This document shows, one piece after another, positions 47,340 through 60,174 of a stretch of 64,000 nt of DNA. How positions within the stretch are numbered: the first letter of the stretch is position 1; every line of letters begins with the position of its first letter. The stretch comes from Mobula birostris (taxonomy: Eukaryota): the NCBI RefSeq assembly GCF_030028105.1, contig NC_092371.1:97181064-97245063 (forward strand), read 5' to 3'. The notes below the pieces were generated by a model. That model ran no database searches. It had not been told where the DNA came from and was given only the letters and a program-made list of their open reading frames with translations. The position numbers and the translations under genes were made by a program.

Positions 47340-47950
47340 ATAAAAACATAGAAAATGCACAGAACAATTCAGGCCCTTCGGCCCACAATGCTGTGCCAAA
47401 CATGTACTTACTTTAGAAATTGCCTATAATTACCCATCCCCTCTATTTCTCTCAGCTCCATGTACCAATCCAGGAGTCTCTTAGAAGACCCTATCTTATC
47501 CGCTTCCACCACCGTCGCCGGCAGTTCATTCCAAGCACTCTGCGTAAAAAAAAAACTTGCCCCTGACACCTCTTCTGTACCTACTTCCAAGCACCCTAAA
47601 ACTGTGCCCTGTCGTGTTAGCCAATTCAGCCCTGGGAAAAAGCCTCTGACTATCGACACGATCAATGCTTCTCATTATCTTATACACCTCTATCAGGTCA
47701 CCTCTCATGCTGCGTCGCTCCAAGGAGAAAAGGCCAAGTTCACTCAAACTATTTTCATAAGGCATGCTCCCCAATGCAGGCAACATCCTTCTATATCTCC
47801 TCTGCACCCTTTCTGTAGTTTCTACATCCTTGCTGCAGTGAGGTGACCAGAACTGAGCACAGTACTCCAAGTGGTGTCTGTCCAGGGTCCTATAAATTTG
47901 TAACATTACATCTTGGCTCTTAAAGTCAATCCCACTGTTGTTGAAGGCCA
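47340..47950 (-). mobile_element. CR1-type LINE 3' fragment
   Basis: LEYCAQFWSPH..ERVQRR..LFSLERRSMRGDLIEVYKIM. Confidence 0.9.
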
Positions 47951-48229
47951 ATGCACTGCTTAGATACGTACTGTACATATCAGTGGGCTGGGAGTGAGCA
48001 AGACTTGTCCACGCCAATTTTCTGGCGAAGTGAAATTCATGCCAATATATAAACGTGCTAATTAAAAGATCAGAGCAGCGTTTGTTAAACGCGGTTACTA
48101 CGTTAACAAGAACGGTTTGATGCAGTGTATTGATTCGGCGAAGAGAAGTATGCAGGAGCTGGAGTTTTGTTCATCAACGATATTAATGTTTTTTTGTAAT
48201 AAAGAGTCTGCTGAAGTTGCCAGCATCAC

Positions 48230-48870
48230 CTTTATTCAGAGCCCCGAACAGTCCTCCTAGCAGGGGCAACACTGCATCTGCGAATCTGTTGGGGCCGGCT
48301 TCTGTATCCCGTGTTTCCGAAGCGGCCTCAATCTACACTGGTGATACTCAACGTAAATTGGGGGGGAGGGGCAATTTGTTCACCACCCCCGCTCCCTGCG
48401 CAAAAAGCGAGATTTCCCGGTGGTGAACAATTTTAATTCCTATCCGCATGCCATTCTGACATCTCAGTCTATGGCCTCTTTTACTGCCACAATGAGGCCA
48501 CTCCGGCTGGGGCACCAATACCTGATATTCGGCTTTGGCTTCCTCCAACGTAATGGCATAAACATCTGTTTCTCTAATTCCCAGTAATTTCTTTTAGCTC
48601 TTTCCTCCTCTCTTCTTCTATTCCCCACTGTGTGCCGTTCCCCCTTCTTCTCACCTACCTTTCACCTCGTTGGTGCCTCTCCTACTTCTTTTTCTTGCAC
48701 GATCTTCTCTGTTCTATCAAATTCCTTCTTGTCAAACCGTTTACCTTTGCCACTTGTCAACTCCTGGCTTCTTATTTCATTACTGGACTGGATTAAACTT
48801 TCATTTTCCTGCTTGTCTTCACCTATTCAGAAAGTCAGGGACAAATTTGAAGCCTAGCCTTCTGTCTCGT
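48230..48870 (+). mobile_element. Degenerate Penelope-like 3' fragment
   Basis: Similar to the reverse complement of 24100-24800 (ctctacactggtgatactcaacgtaaattggg, cactccggctgg). Confidence 0.55.
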
Positions 48871-48949
48871 ACTTTCTGAACAACTGCGAGGACATACTTT
48901 CAAGCAATTATATAGTCGATACAGCCTTATATTTATCTTATCTCATTCC

Positions 48950-50810
48950 TGAACCACCCATTATGGGATCACCATCTCCAAGTCAGATTGTCTCATATTT
49001 CCATTACTAAATATTAAACGTCCCTATATATTTCCTTATCAGAGCAAGTTATCAGCTCAGCAATGGAAAAAAAATAAATTACAGGGGAATGAGAGAGGAG
49101 CTTGCCCACTGGATAGGAGAGGGATAGTGGCTGGGGTGACGGCAGAACCGAGGTGGCTGAAGTATCTGGGAACAATTCATAAGGCGCAGGATAGACATGT
49201 TCTACAGAAGAAGTTGTTCACAGATGGCAGAACTAGGCAACCGTGGCTGACAAGGGAAGCTGAAGACAGCCTCTGGTTCATTGCATAACACCCAAACCTG
49301 TAGGCTCAACGGCAAACTGCTCTAATAAGCCATCTCGTAGGCATTAAACAAATTCAACAAATTCTCTCTCTTACTCTCTTGTGATCCACTACCAACCTGA
49401 TTTTTCCAATCTACCTGCATGGTATAATCGCCCATGACTATCATAGCATCGCTCTTTTGACACGCCTTTTCTATTTCCCGTTATAATTTGCTGTCCACAC
49501 CCTAGCTACTCTTTGGAGGCCTGGATATCACTATCATCAAGTTCCTTTTACCCTATCAGTTTCTTAACTCAACCCACAATGACTCAGCTTCTTCCTATTC
49601 TATGGCACATCCTTCTCATGATTTGTTGTCAGTCTTTACCATCAGATCCACGCCACCCCCTTTGCCACTCCTATCCTTCCGATAAATGTATAATCTAGGA
49701 CGTTCAGCTCCCAACTACAACCATCCTTCAGGCACGATTCAGTGATGCCCGCAACTTCATATCCGACCATTTGTAAAAGTGCAACAAGGTCATCCACTTT
49801 ATTTTTTATACTCCATGCATGAGATATAACACTTTTTGTACAGCTTTGGCTACCTTCTTTGGTTCCGCATCCTGAGTGCACTGGTATTCCCCTGCTGGCT
49901 GCAGTTTTGTCCTGTAACCTGACTGACCCCCTGCCCCCCCCCCCGACAGTCTGACTGAAAGCTGACTTTGCTTTTCTACCATCCGTCCTATTCTGAATCC
50001 CATCACTCCGATTCCCATCCCTCTGCCAAATTAGGTTAAACCTCCCCAACAGCTCTATCAAACTCGTCCGTCGGAATATTGGTCCTCGTCGGATTCAGGT
50101 GCAATCTGTCAGTTTTGTACAGGTCATACGTGCCCCAGAAGAGATCCCAATGGTCCAAATCTTGAAGCCTTACCCTCAGCACCAGCTTCTCAGCCACATA
50201 TTTATCTGCCAACTTAACCCTGATTCTACCCTCACTGGCGCGTGGCACACGTAGCAATCCAGAAATTCCTATCGAGTTCCTGCTTCTCAGCTTTCTGCCT
50301 AGCAAACTAAATTCTCTCTTTGGTTTTCCATCCTATGTCATCGGTACCAATATGTACCAAGACATCTGCCTGCTCTCCTTTGCCCGCCAAAGTGCTGTGG
50401 ACGCGATCCAAGACGTCCCGGACCCAGGCACCTGGGAGGCTACATGCCATCCGTATGTTCCGTTCACTTGCGTAGAATCTCCTGTCTGTTCCTCTGACTA
50501 TTGAGTGCCCTATCACTACCGCTCACCTCTTCGCTCTCTCTCTCCCTTTTTCACCACAGACCCATGCTCAGTGGCAGTAACCTGGACTCGTGGCATTCCT
50601 CTGGGAGGTCATCCCGCACAACGGTATCCAAAACGTTAGACTTATTATTGAGGGGAATGGCCACAGGAGTGCTCTGCGCTAACTGCTTATTCACTGTCCC
50701 ATTTCTTTTCCTGACAGCCACTCAGCTATCCGCCTCCTACAGCTTAGGGGTGACTACTTCCCTTTAACTCTGATCGATGATCTCCTTACTCCTCCGACTA
50801 ATCCGTACAA
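48950..50810 (-). mobile_element. CR1 LINE 5' part: ORF1 SGNH-esterase-like domain and start of the APE endonuclease
   Basis: IGHSIVRGTDRRF..SLPGAWVRDV..VLVHIGTDDIG, then DHWDLFWG..DLYKTDRLHLN, then SIKNKVDDL..VAGITESCL. Confidence 0.8.
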
Positions 50811-51147
50811 GTTGCTGCACAATGTAACAGTTGTTGCTGTTATAGCGGCTGAAGTATCAGAAAGCCACGGAATATATTTGCGGTTAACTTCATATTAAGC
50901 TAAATTATCCCTTGATCTTATTTGCAAATGATGCCACCCTTCTAATTAATTGATAAAGGGGTTACACACCAGACAATATGATAGACAGTAACGGCCTCTG
51001 CACTTGTAATCGCATGTAACGCAAGATATACGCAAAGATTTGCAATGTAAAGCTTAACTTCATCAAAAAAATGGTAATGAATTTCTCAGAAAGTCTGCAT
51101 AATGTCACCCTAAATATTTCAAAGTATCTTTTGTATAGGCAAGAATT

Positions 51148-51221
51148 CCCCCCCCCCCCCCCAACTCTCTCTCTCTCTCTCTCGCTATATATGTTTATAG
51201 ATTGAGAGGGGGAGACAGAGA

Positions 51222-51296
<75 letters not shown>
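51148..51296. repeat. Compound microsatellite: poly-C, (CT)n, (GT)n
   Basis: C-run 51148-51162, (CT)n ~51165-51183 and ~51222-51268, (GT)n 51269-51296. Confidence 0.95.
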
Positions 51297-51299
<3 letters not shown>

Positions 51300-52584
51300 C
51301 ACACACAAAGCTAGAGAGAGAGAGGTTTGCCTACAGAATGACAACTTTCCTAGTCACATTTCCTATATCTCGGTTTGCTGTTTACTTCCTTTCTCTCCAG
51401 CCCTTCTCTCTTTTGGTTCTAGTAATTTTACCCCTAAAGCCAGGACGTCTCCAGATATTCCATTTGCCACGATTCAATGGATAGAGATTTGCAGGAATAA
51501 TTAGAACTTAGTGTTGTTGTGTTTTGGGGATGGCCGTCAGACACTGGACATAGGTGGGCATTTGTCTTAGGTTTCGGCACTCAGGATTTAATGTTAATGC
51601 TTTGGATGCTTGTTGTCGGAGAATCAGCAGGAGCAGAATAATTCCTACACCTGCATCTATCCATGTTCAATGTGACTTTCGCAATTATTATCCTGGCAGA
51701 GATGGCGGGTTATTATCGACGTGTTTCCGGATCCATACATGAAGATGGAAGTCCCAAAGTGACAGACATAGTTCTGCCAACAATTGTACTTGTACACCTC
51801 GCTACTGGGGCACTGGTAACTGCGCAGCTCCGCGGCCTTTATAAGTTCAGAGAAGTAAGAGATCCGAGACGTTGTGGCGCAGGATCCAGCATTCTCTCCA
51901 AATGAAAAGATTATTTTTCAGTTTTTAATTCCTATTTAATACTTTATGATCGTTTGCTAATACGGGAGGCTTACAGAAATAGTAAAGCGCTTTAATGGAG
52001 CGCACATTGGGAGTGTGAATTTTGCAGTGTTTTCCAGGGAGGATTTGTGAGTATGACTTATTCACTTCACCCAATACCCTTTCAAGAAACAAACAGCTAG
52101 GAAATTGCTGTAGTCGCCCTGATTCTGGAATAAAGAGAGAAAAGGGTGGAAATATTTTAAAGGCGAGATGGCATTAGCGGTAAGCGCAGAACTGACGATT
52201 CAGATCAATGACGCTTGGTTTCACTGGGAAATCATTCTTCCACTGAATTCACGCTCACAGTCTCCCACCATGGACAGCCATCCCCTAACAAAATTCCCTA
52301 ACACATCTGGACAAATATAAATTTTTGGTAATAATCATTTTTTTAATATTCAGATGTTCAAAAATTACTATTGTTAGTACGCAATTATAGGTCACCATGG
52401 GAGATAAGAGATTTAATTACATTACTCCACTGGTAAAATGACACTGACATACCACAGACAATGCATTCAAGCAATCACTGTTCATGTGCTGTGACTAAAA
52501 ATCTATCCAACAAAATCAAAGAGGCAACGTCGAAACTTGACATTTATTTTCAAATGTAATGGATCGGTACATAGATTGCTTGAA

Positions 52585-52907
52585 TCAGATACAGCTGGGT
52601 CTCATGACGTTTGCTTTAAGTGGGGCTGCTTGAGACTCGTGTTTAACCACGCAGGAGAAAAGCTCGTGTGAGTTCCAGTCTGAGGCCGGCAGAGTCAGGT
52701 AACTGCTCGCACTGAACGTGTTGTCCGTGTCCTGCTGGATCCGGCTGGTCTCAACGCCATTCTTTCTGGTATTACCATCCATAGTCCACTCGATATTCAC
52801 AGCGCCCGGATTAAACCCGCTCACCAAACACACCAGGGTGGCGGTGCCCTTTCCCCTGAGTTCTTCTGTTGAAGGCCCGAGGACGGACACCACGGGGGGT
52901 TGTGGAT
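52585..52907 (-). CDS. IGLC: Ig light-chain constant exon, cluster 3 (intact gene, exon 3)
   Basis: Acceptor tttatttcag|ATCCAC, 323 nt, reads ..VETSRIQQDTDNTFSASSYLTLPASDWNSHELFSCVVKHES..RPSCI*. AATAAA at 52543-52548. Confidence 0.97.
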
Positions 52908-55733
52908 CTGAAATAAAAAAAACATGTATAGCTGCCAATCAATTACTGATTGAGTAATCTGAAATTAATGCCTTTCCTCGGAGCTACGAGAGATTGCATA
53001 TGATGTGTTCTGGAGCAAAAGAACTGGCAACCGACTGAATTCATCGGGTCGGACAGCATCTGTAGAAGCAAAGAGACAGTCGTGCGTTAGGGCCCATTTG
53101 CCTCGACACATGCTGCCTGACCTGCTGAGTTCCTCCAGTAGCTTTAATTTTACTAAAAAGTTTTTCTTTATTGATTACACGACCGACATCGCTGTATCAG
53201 CATGAAAACTGTTATCCAATGGAACCCGATTTATTGAACGTGAATAGCGATAGAAGCCGAGGTGACTGCAAATGCAATAGCCTGGGGGTATTTCAAGAAT
53301 ATAACCAAGGCAAAAAGAAAAAAGAAATCTTCCTTTTTCAAAGAAAACAATGTTGACTAATCAGATGCTTTGAATTTCAAAATTAACCGCGCCGTCAATC
53401 AAAGAGTCCGTAGAGTTTTCAATTTTATGATTTTCTTTACCTTATACAAGTTTCGAATGGAATTCGGAATAAATATTGATGGGGGAAGGTCAGCGAGCAA
53501 TGGAGAATGGATAAGGAACTGAATACTGTGGGTATTAAGATTGTATCTTCTTTGTCGCATTCACATTTCGACATGCATGTAGACTAGGTTCAACAAATAA
53601 TAGATATGAACTTTGAATAAACGCCTAAGCGTGCCGAATGGAAAGACTGTATATTGTAATATTTAACTCAAAAAATTCGGGTCAATTCAAGTTGCTAAAT
53701 CGATCATTAATTTGCTTTTGCCTCCCATTAGGCGCTAATGTTGCTGACAGTTGCAAATATCAAACCGGGACAATCACTGACCGAACTATTTCGACTATTT
53801 GAACTATTTAACTGGTAGATTTTACTAAGTTCCCACGCGCCAATGAGGCAAGCAAGTTCCACTCCCCCCTCCAAAAAAATCCAGCAATCCCGTCACATTC
53901 GGAATCTGCTTCTGGGGACGGAACCAGAGTCGGAATGTCAGGCACTACTTGAATAAAAGCAATTGTTTTCTTAAAACTAAAATTTTCTTCTAAACAAATT
54001 AGACAATGCTACATTTAAGTTCCAAGAAATAATCTGTTTTTACACCTGGAGTTTTCTCTCCTATAGTTGTCCATCATAAAAAGGAGACGAAACAAATAAT
54101 CATCTCGATTTCACATTGCTAACTCCGGGACAATTGTCTGTAACTCGCCCCCGATTGCGGTGCTGAATGCACTCACGAGCTTTGGGAAAGTGCGCCATCA
54201 ATGCAGGTTTACATTTTGTCTTCATGCAAGCTCGCAACTATGTTAAGGGAATGTACTAGGTAAAGTTCCTGAAGCGATCTCGTCCTAATCTCTTCCTTCC
54301 TCTACCCTTCAGCAACACGCATGAAACTCCGAACCCACATATCACAGAGAAGACTGACGGCGAGTATTTAAATCAGAATGGGATTTAATATCCTGAGAGA
54401 TTATAGGCACGTTCATCGATATTACACTTTTGGTGACACAAATCACAGAAGAAATGGCAAAAGTCAATAAACAGAAACTCTGAGAAGGTATTTCGAGAAA
54501 AAAAACTCCTATTCAGATCTGCGCCTACCAAAGGGAAGTTACGTGACGGTGGCATTAAGGTTTTTAGTGTGATTTCGGAGATGAGCTGAAGCAATTTGCA
54601 GCACTGTCCAAGAAGAATCTAATGTTGTACAATCACATGGAGAGTAAATGGTAAAATATAAGCGTTTCCTGTTGGGGTTTCAGATTGCGCCGATCAGACA
54701 GTCTGGAAAACAGTCAAAGACAACCTGAGTCTCGGAGGTCTTAAGATTTAACAGTTCAGAAGGGAGTCGATCTGGTGTCAACGTTTTCTGAAACCTGCAC
54801 TCTCTGACTTTGTCTATTGTTAATTACCTTCCAACCTCCACGGGCACTGTTTGAACTTCCGTTTCAGATGGGACCTACTGATTGTCTGATAACATCGTTA
54901 AAAACGAACATTAGTGTCCCTAATCGTCTCACAAATAATACAAAAATCCTTTATGTAGTGCTTTCAACGACACCAAAACATGTCATAGTAACACAACAAG
55001 ACCAAATTTGAGCCCATAAACACTGAAAACAAGAGGAGCAAAATTTGGACAAAGTCATACGTTTTAAAAGTTTTTAAAAAAGAACAAAGAACGATAACGA
55101 CATAGAGTGATTTAGGGATGGCATTTCAGAGCTTGGAACATCTACACATGATAGCGCTGCTAACATGATTAAGTGGCGAAAATTAGATCGCAACTGGTTA
55201 TAAGGTTGAATACTACAGAAATGAAATTGGCCCAAGCCTGAGAGGATCATATCATAACAAGGGTGACATTTTTCTCGTACGTAATTCTTTAACTGGGAGA
55301 AATTATAAGTCAATAAACACAGGAGGGGAACAGGACGAGAGGGAGTTGGGAAATGGAAAACAGGGTTTAGAAGAATTCAGGTTCCTACAGCACAGAATGG
55401 GGTAAGGTTACACGTAAATTTGAAAAGTCGCGAGTCGATATTGCGGAGGAAGAATGAAGTGTTTTCCATTCTCAGCTCAATAACTTCCGTAGCACTCTTT
55501 CAGCCTCACACCATTCGGTGGGGAAATCGGATCAACGCCTTTGGGACTTACCTTCCTGCCTTTTCCAACTTGTTGTCGAAGTTGAAGACGCGTTGTGGTA
55601 ACATGGAAATAAATGGCGTGTATCTCCTCTTCATGATTCGACACCATCAATAATATCAGGCGCCATTTGGACTTATTGTTCTTATTGGACTTATTAACAT
55701 AAAATGACCGAAGAAGGGAAAAAAAACACTTAC

Positions 55734-56075
55734 TGCTCAAATTCAGTTTGGTTCCTTTTCCGAAGGTGAGGACACCACTTTTCCCTACAGCGCAGTAATA
55801 GTCGGCAGCATCTTCCGATTGCACGTTTGTGATTGTTAAGTGCATCTTGTTGCTAGATGAGTCTACGGAACCGGTAAATCGCTCTGGAATACCTGAAGCT
55901 CTGCCATTGCTTTCATGCCACACATACACAGGGGCGCTGCCGGGTTTCTGCCAGTACCAGCTCGCGTAGTAACTACCGATGTTGTCTCCTGACATGGTAC
56001 AAGTGACCTTTACAGTTTTCCCCGCAGAAGTCGAGATAGACGGGGACTGAGTCAAAACAAACTCCGCTACTGTAT
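55734..56075 (-). CDS. IGLV: Germline-joined VJ exon, cluster 3 (intact gene, exon 2)
   Basis: cccag|ATACA acceptor and AGCA|gtaagt donor, 342 nt. Reads TVAEFVLTQSPSISTSAGKTVKVTCTMSGDNIGSYYASWYWQKPG..DAADYYCAVGKSGVLTFGKGTKLNLS. Both Cys, the Trp and FGxG are present, with no RSS. Confidence 0.97.
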
Positions 56076-56160
56076 CTGGGGAAATATAAATTAATGTTAG
56101 GGTTGTCAAACATCCACACACATGCAGCGATATTATAGTTTATTTATGCATTGCACTTAC

Positions 56161-56209
56161 TTTGAAAACAGAACACCAGTACGACAAGACACCGAATCCA
56201 TTCAGCCAT
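56161..56209 (-). CDS. Leader exon, cluster 3 (intact gene, exon 1; MAEWIRCLVVLVFCFQ)
   Basis: ATG at 56209, 49 nt, phase-1 donor A|gtaagt. Exons 49+342+323 = 714 nt give a 237-aa ORF plus stop. Confidence 0.95.
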
Positions 56210-56271
56210 GGTGAAAGAGCAGAAGTGTTGTTTTCCGACAAAAGTTCTGTTCTTAATTCCATCTGAACCCC

Positions 56272-56387
56272 CCTTTAAATAGTCCTAAGTATCGTTACGT
56301 CACTGCATATTAATTATTCATGCAAACGTCTGCTCACGTGACACCAAAACCCGAAACTGTTGGTCTGAATTTATCTTATATTTGCAT
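56272..56387 (-). promoter_or_regulatory. V3 promoter: octamer, E-box, octamer-like GTTTGCAT, CRE-like TGACGTAA, TATA-like TATTTAAA
   Basis: Plus-strand ATTTGCAT 56380-56387, CACGTG 56335-56340, ATGCAAAC 56320-56327, TTACGTCA 56295-56302 and TTTAAATA 56274-56281. Confidence 0.8.
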
Positions 56388-59300
56388 CGTACCAGCACTT
56401 CGGGACAAGCAAATACCAGAAAACATCAGAGTAAACCGTACGGTAAAACGGGAAGGAAGAATAGATTCGATATAATGTGACCCATACAAGCCCAAATATT
56501 ACTTCGGACAGGAGTAGCTGGAGGGCGATAATTGCCCAGGAGACTGTCTCATGCTCTGTCAAGAGACAGACAGATGAACATATTGTAGCCGAATAAATTA
56601 TTGCGCGAAAACAAACATTGAAATTATAAAGAAGAAAAGCTCACGTGTACTACCTGCAGTGCGGCGCACAATACTACTTTGAAAACAATTATGTTAGATT
56701 TCCGTTTGATTCCAATTTAAGTACTTAAATCAGGTTTTCTCTGTTAGATAATCTTGGGAATTGTAGATCCTTGAAAGAATGCATCAAATGATGGGCTTGG
56801 ATCAAAGGTGTCTTTGGGGGCATTTACTATTGACTGCATGGTGAGGGCGTTCGGGGTGGTGGTGCTGTGGTCGGTGCTGCTGCTTGTGTGTGGAGGAGGT
56901 GGGGGGACTTTGGGGTTCTGATGTCACCATCATTCATACTTGCTCCGTGATTCTTGCTCTGGGTTTCTTGCTCCGTGATTGTCTCTGTGAAGCGTAAGAG
57001 TTTCAGGTTGTTTGGTGAATACATCTTCAGATATTAATTTGAACCATTTGAAAGCCAGGGCGTGTGGGCATTTTAAGGGTGACGCCAAAGTGGGAGAGTA
57101 AACGGGTGAGAGAGCAAGAATGAGGAAGATCAAGGACGAGGAAACAGTTATTTCTGCTACGAATGGAGCGAATGTTCAGAAAGTATCAATACCAGGTGTC
57201 TGCATGAAAGCGATTGAATCTATTGTATAATAATTGGCACATCGCTAACAGAGTTGGGTGCCGGGTGAAGGTATATCTTTACCAAAGGAGTTGTAAGCCA
57301 CTTCTTCCCTCCTTTACTTTACAGATCACCTTTGGGCAAGGGTATAGCTCATGCTGAGCCCCCCCACCCCCCCGATCAGGATCACGTGAAGCCATGCAAG
57401 CTGTGGTAAATGGATGTATGAGCAGCTGGTGCTTATCACAAGTCCTGGTTATGGGACTAGTGACGCCAGGCAGACAATCTCTGAAGAGTATTGATAATTG
57501 CTGGGGGTCACTCGCCATGTAAAGACAAAACAGGCAATAACAAATAATTTCTGTAGAATTTGTCAAGAACAACCATGGTCATAGACCTAGTCATACAACG
57601 CAGTACATCATGATAATCATATTGACACAGTCTGGGGAGTTGCAATGAAAGTTGCGACTGTCGAGCGGCACTGTTCAACATTCAAAGAAGTGTTGGACAA
57701 ATTAATGGAGCCGAAATCCCGAAGATCAGCAGATAATAAGCAACCATTATTACTAAAGTAAACAGACGTGGACGGAATAGTTTCAGTGACTGTTCTGTCT
57801 ACATTTTATATAGGTGATGGAAATACTGGCGTTTGCAAATGTAGTCTCATCGCCGAGGAAAGGAGGTGAAAGGATGATAAGAAATTATAGGCGTATAGTA
57901 TGGAATAAAGTCCTACCTCGAAATTTAGAGTCGAAAACTAAATCAGATGGAACTGGGGCAATATACTGGCATATCTTGAGAATTTCGTGACTGACAGGAA
58001 TCTTGTACAAGGAATGAACAGAAAGTAGTCATTAATTGCAAGAATCAGTGCTTAGGCCGCACCCATTTAGAATGTATTCGAATGAGTTGCTTGAACGAAG
58101 TGAATGTAATATTTCTGAATTGGCCAATGCTATTAAATTCGGTGAGATCTAGTTGCCATAGAGTGAGTAGGAAACATTCCTGGGAATCCGGACTATTGTT
58201 TAGGAGTCGCAATACGACATTTAAATTACGTATCAGTCATAATCGCATTGTATGAAAGAAGACCCGAAGGTGCGAAATGCCAGCTGCCTCTCTATGTTAT
58301 TAACGTTCATATTTTCCATTTCTCGGTACTTTCATGACCGGAGACAGTTAGGGTCGTGTAGGATTAATTGAAATTACACGGTGTATTATGTAAAACTGTT
58401 CCACAATGTTCCTTCTAAGGTGTGAGCGCACTCATCCTTTGCGACAAGCGCAGAAAGGAATTTAAAATGCGCACAAAATATTGTTATCACCCCCACCGCC
58501 CACCTCGTTGGCATGTTAAGTACACAAATCACATTTCCTTTTCCCGTTTATGATGCGAACGGCGTTGACACCGTGGAGTTTGCAATGATTTGTCTGCAGA
58601 ATTTAGTGCAGGCTTATTTTTACTGTTTTTATTGAAGAAGTTATGTTACCCGGAGTCGAATTCCAAAGAAGCGACGGGCGTGAAACCTAAAGAACCGTTA
58701 GTTCATTTAAAGCGGAATGGTTTAACCAGACATGACACTGAAAGCTCACGAGGGTAGGAACGCGCAGCTGCGAGAAACATTTACGTAAACTACAGAAACT
58801 GGTGTTACCGCTTGTATTGTCCGGATGAAAAAATTGCTGGATAATTTGCAAGCGGAAAGAATTTGAGGGTTATTTGGAAACTTGAATTTTTAAATTGTGA
58901 CTTAACAAGCAAGTCACATATGGCGGTACGTAAAAGCTCCTTCATAAACCGCTGCAGGCCTCCTTCGTATGTTTTGTGAGAGTGCAGATGAACGAGACGA
59001 AAACGGTCAAACCCAGAGGAGATCAAAGTTCTTATTTACATTTACTTTATTTCTTTCAAACAATGAACAATCAACTGGACTTGGTAGCTTATCATCTTTA
59101 GAATCGCTTCAAGTTTACTTCTACTTTAAAACTCTCTGTGCACATTTTGTTGGCACACACCAGTCAGTACAAATTAGAGGGGACATTACTCCCATAGGTG
59201 TTTTTCATGTGGCCTGTTATGTGTTCACCCTTTTAGATACAGCATATTAGTGATAAGCCCCTTCACCGCATTTGGAAAGTTCTAGCTCACTGGTAGCCTG

Positions 59301-60174
59301 AAGAGTTTGAGCTAACGATTAGTTTCAGTGGCTAATGGATAACAGGAATAAAGCATCAAGTATCTGAAGAGGACGAAATGTAGAAATAAAAGTGACTTTG
59401 GGTAATTCTTTCGGCCATCATCGGGAAATTGCGCAAGCAATGCGTGTCCATTTACAACACTTTAGAGCAGAGATTATTTTCAGTGCCTTACCCATCTTTA
59501 TTTTATCTTATCCGATGATGTGGTTACAGGAGTGATTTAAAGAAAGTTTGTGAATGGAGTTTACTTTACCCATCTCATCCTGTTGCGTTGTTAGACGCTG
59601 CGCTGATGCACAGAGGATCGGGTTTTGGGGCCGTCTGGCACTACAGAGCAAATATTTTCGAAACACTGTCCGAACAGGCAACATCTGAGAAGGTAACAGG
59701 GTGATAGACGTTTTGGGTTGAGATTCTGCTTCGGAACAAAACTTTCATTGAAATAGACACTGTTATTCAAAATACGCTGACCTCACGCAGTTCTCAAGTT
59801 ATCAGGCATTCGATTTACGATAAACAGCTTGGACAGAGAACAATATTACTTGCCTTAAATAGAAGACACACATGGCTCGAAGAAACAAAACCATTTATAA
59901 AATGTCATTCCAGCGACAGCTTGTGACATAGACATTCGTTCAGTTTTCTAGGGCCAAAGTTCAAAGTCAATTTTATTACCCTAATACATATATGCCACGA
60001 TATACTTCCCTGGGATTCAATTTCTTGCAGGCATCACAGTAAGTCCAATATTGCAAAGACAACAATTTCTGAAATTATAAAAGGAAAAAAGCCCAAACTA
60101 ATAATAATATATACGCAAGTCATAAATATGGAGAGCATGAGTTGCAGGGTTCTTGAAAGTGAGTTAGCAGGCTG

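Noticed and set aside
51663-51905. Plus-strand ORF (and 22540-22875 minus) as the coding frame of the conserved 3' element
   Set aside because: Differences between copies in this frame are largely non-synonymous. The synonymous bias is on the opposite strand.
55477-56121. Single-exon 214-aa gene as given by the ORF track (likewise 29927-30373, 26806-27159, 52585-52938)
   Set aside because: The N- and C-terminal extensions are intron read-through. The true exon limits are set by canonical splice sites.
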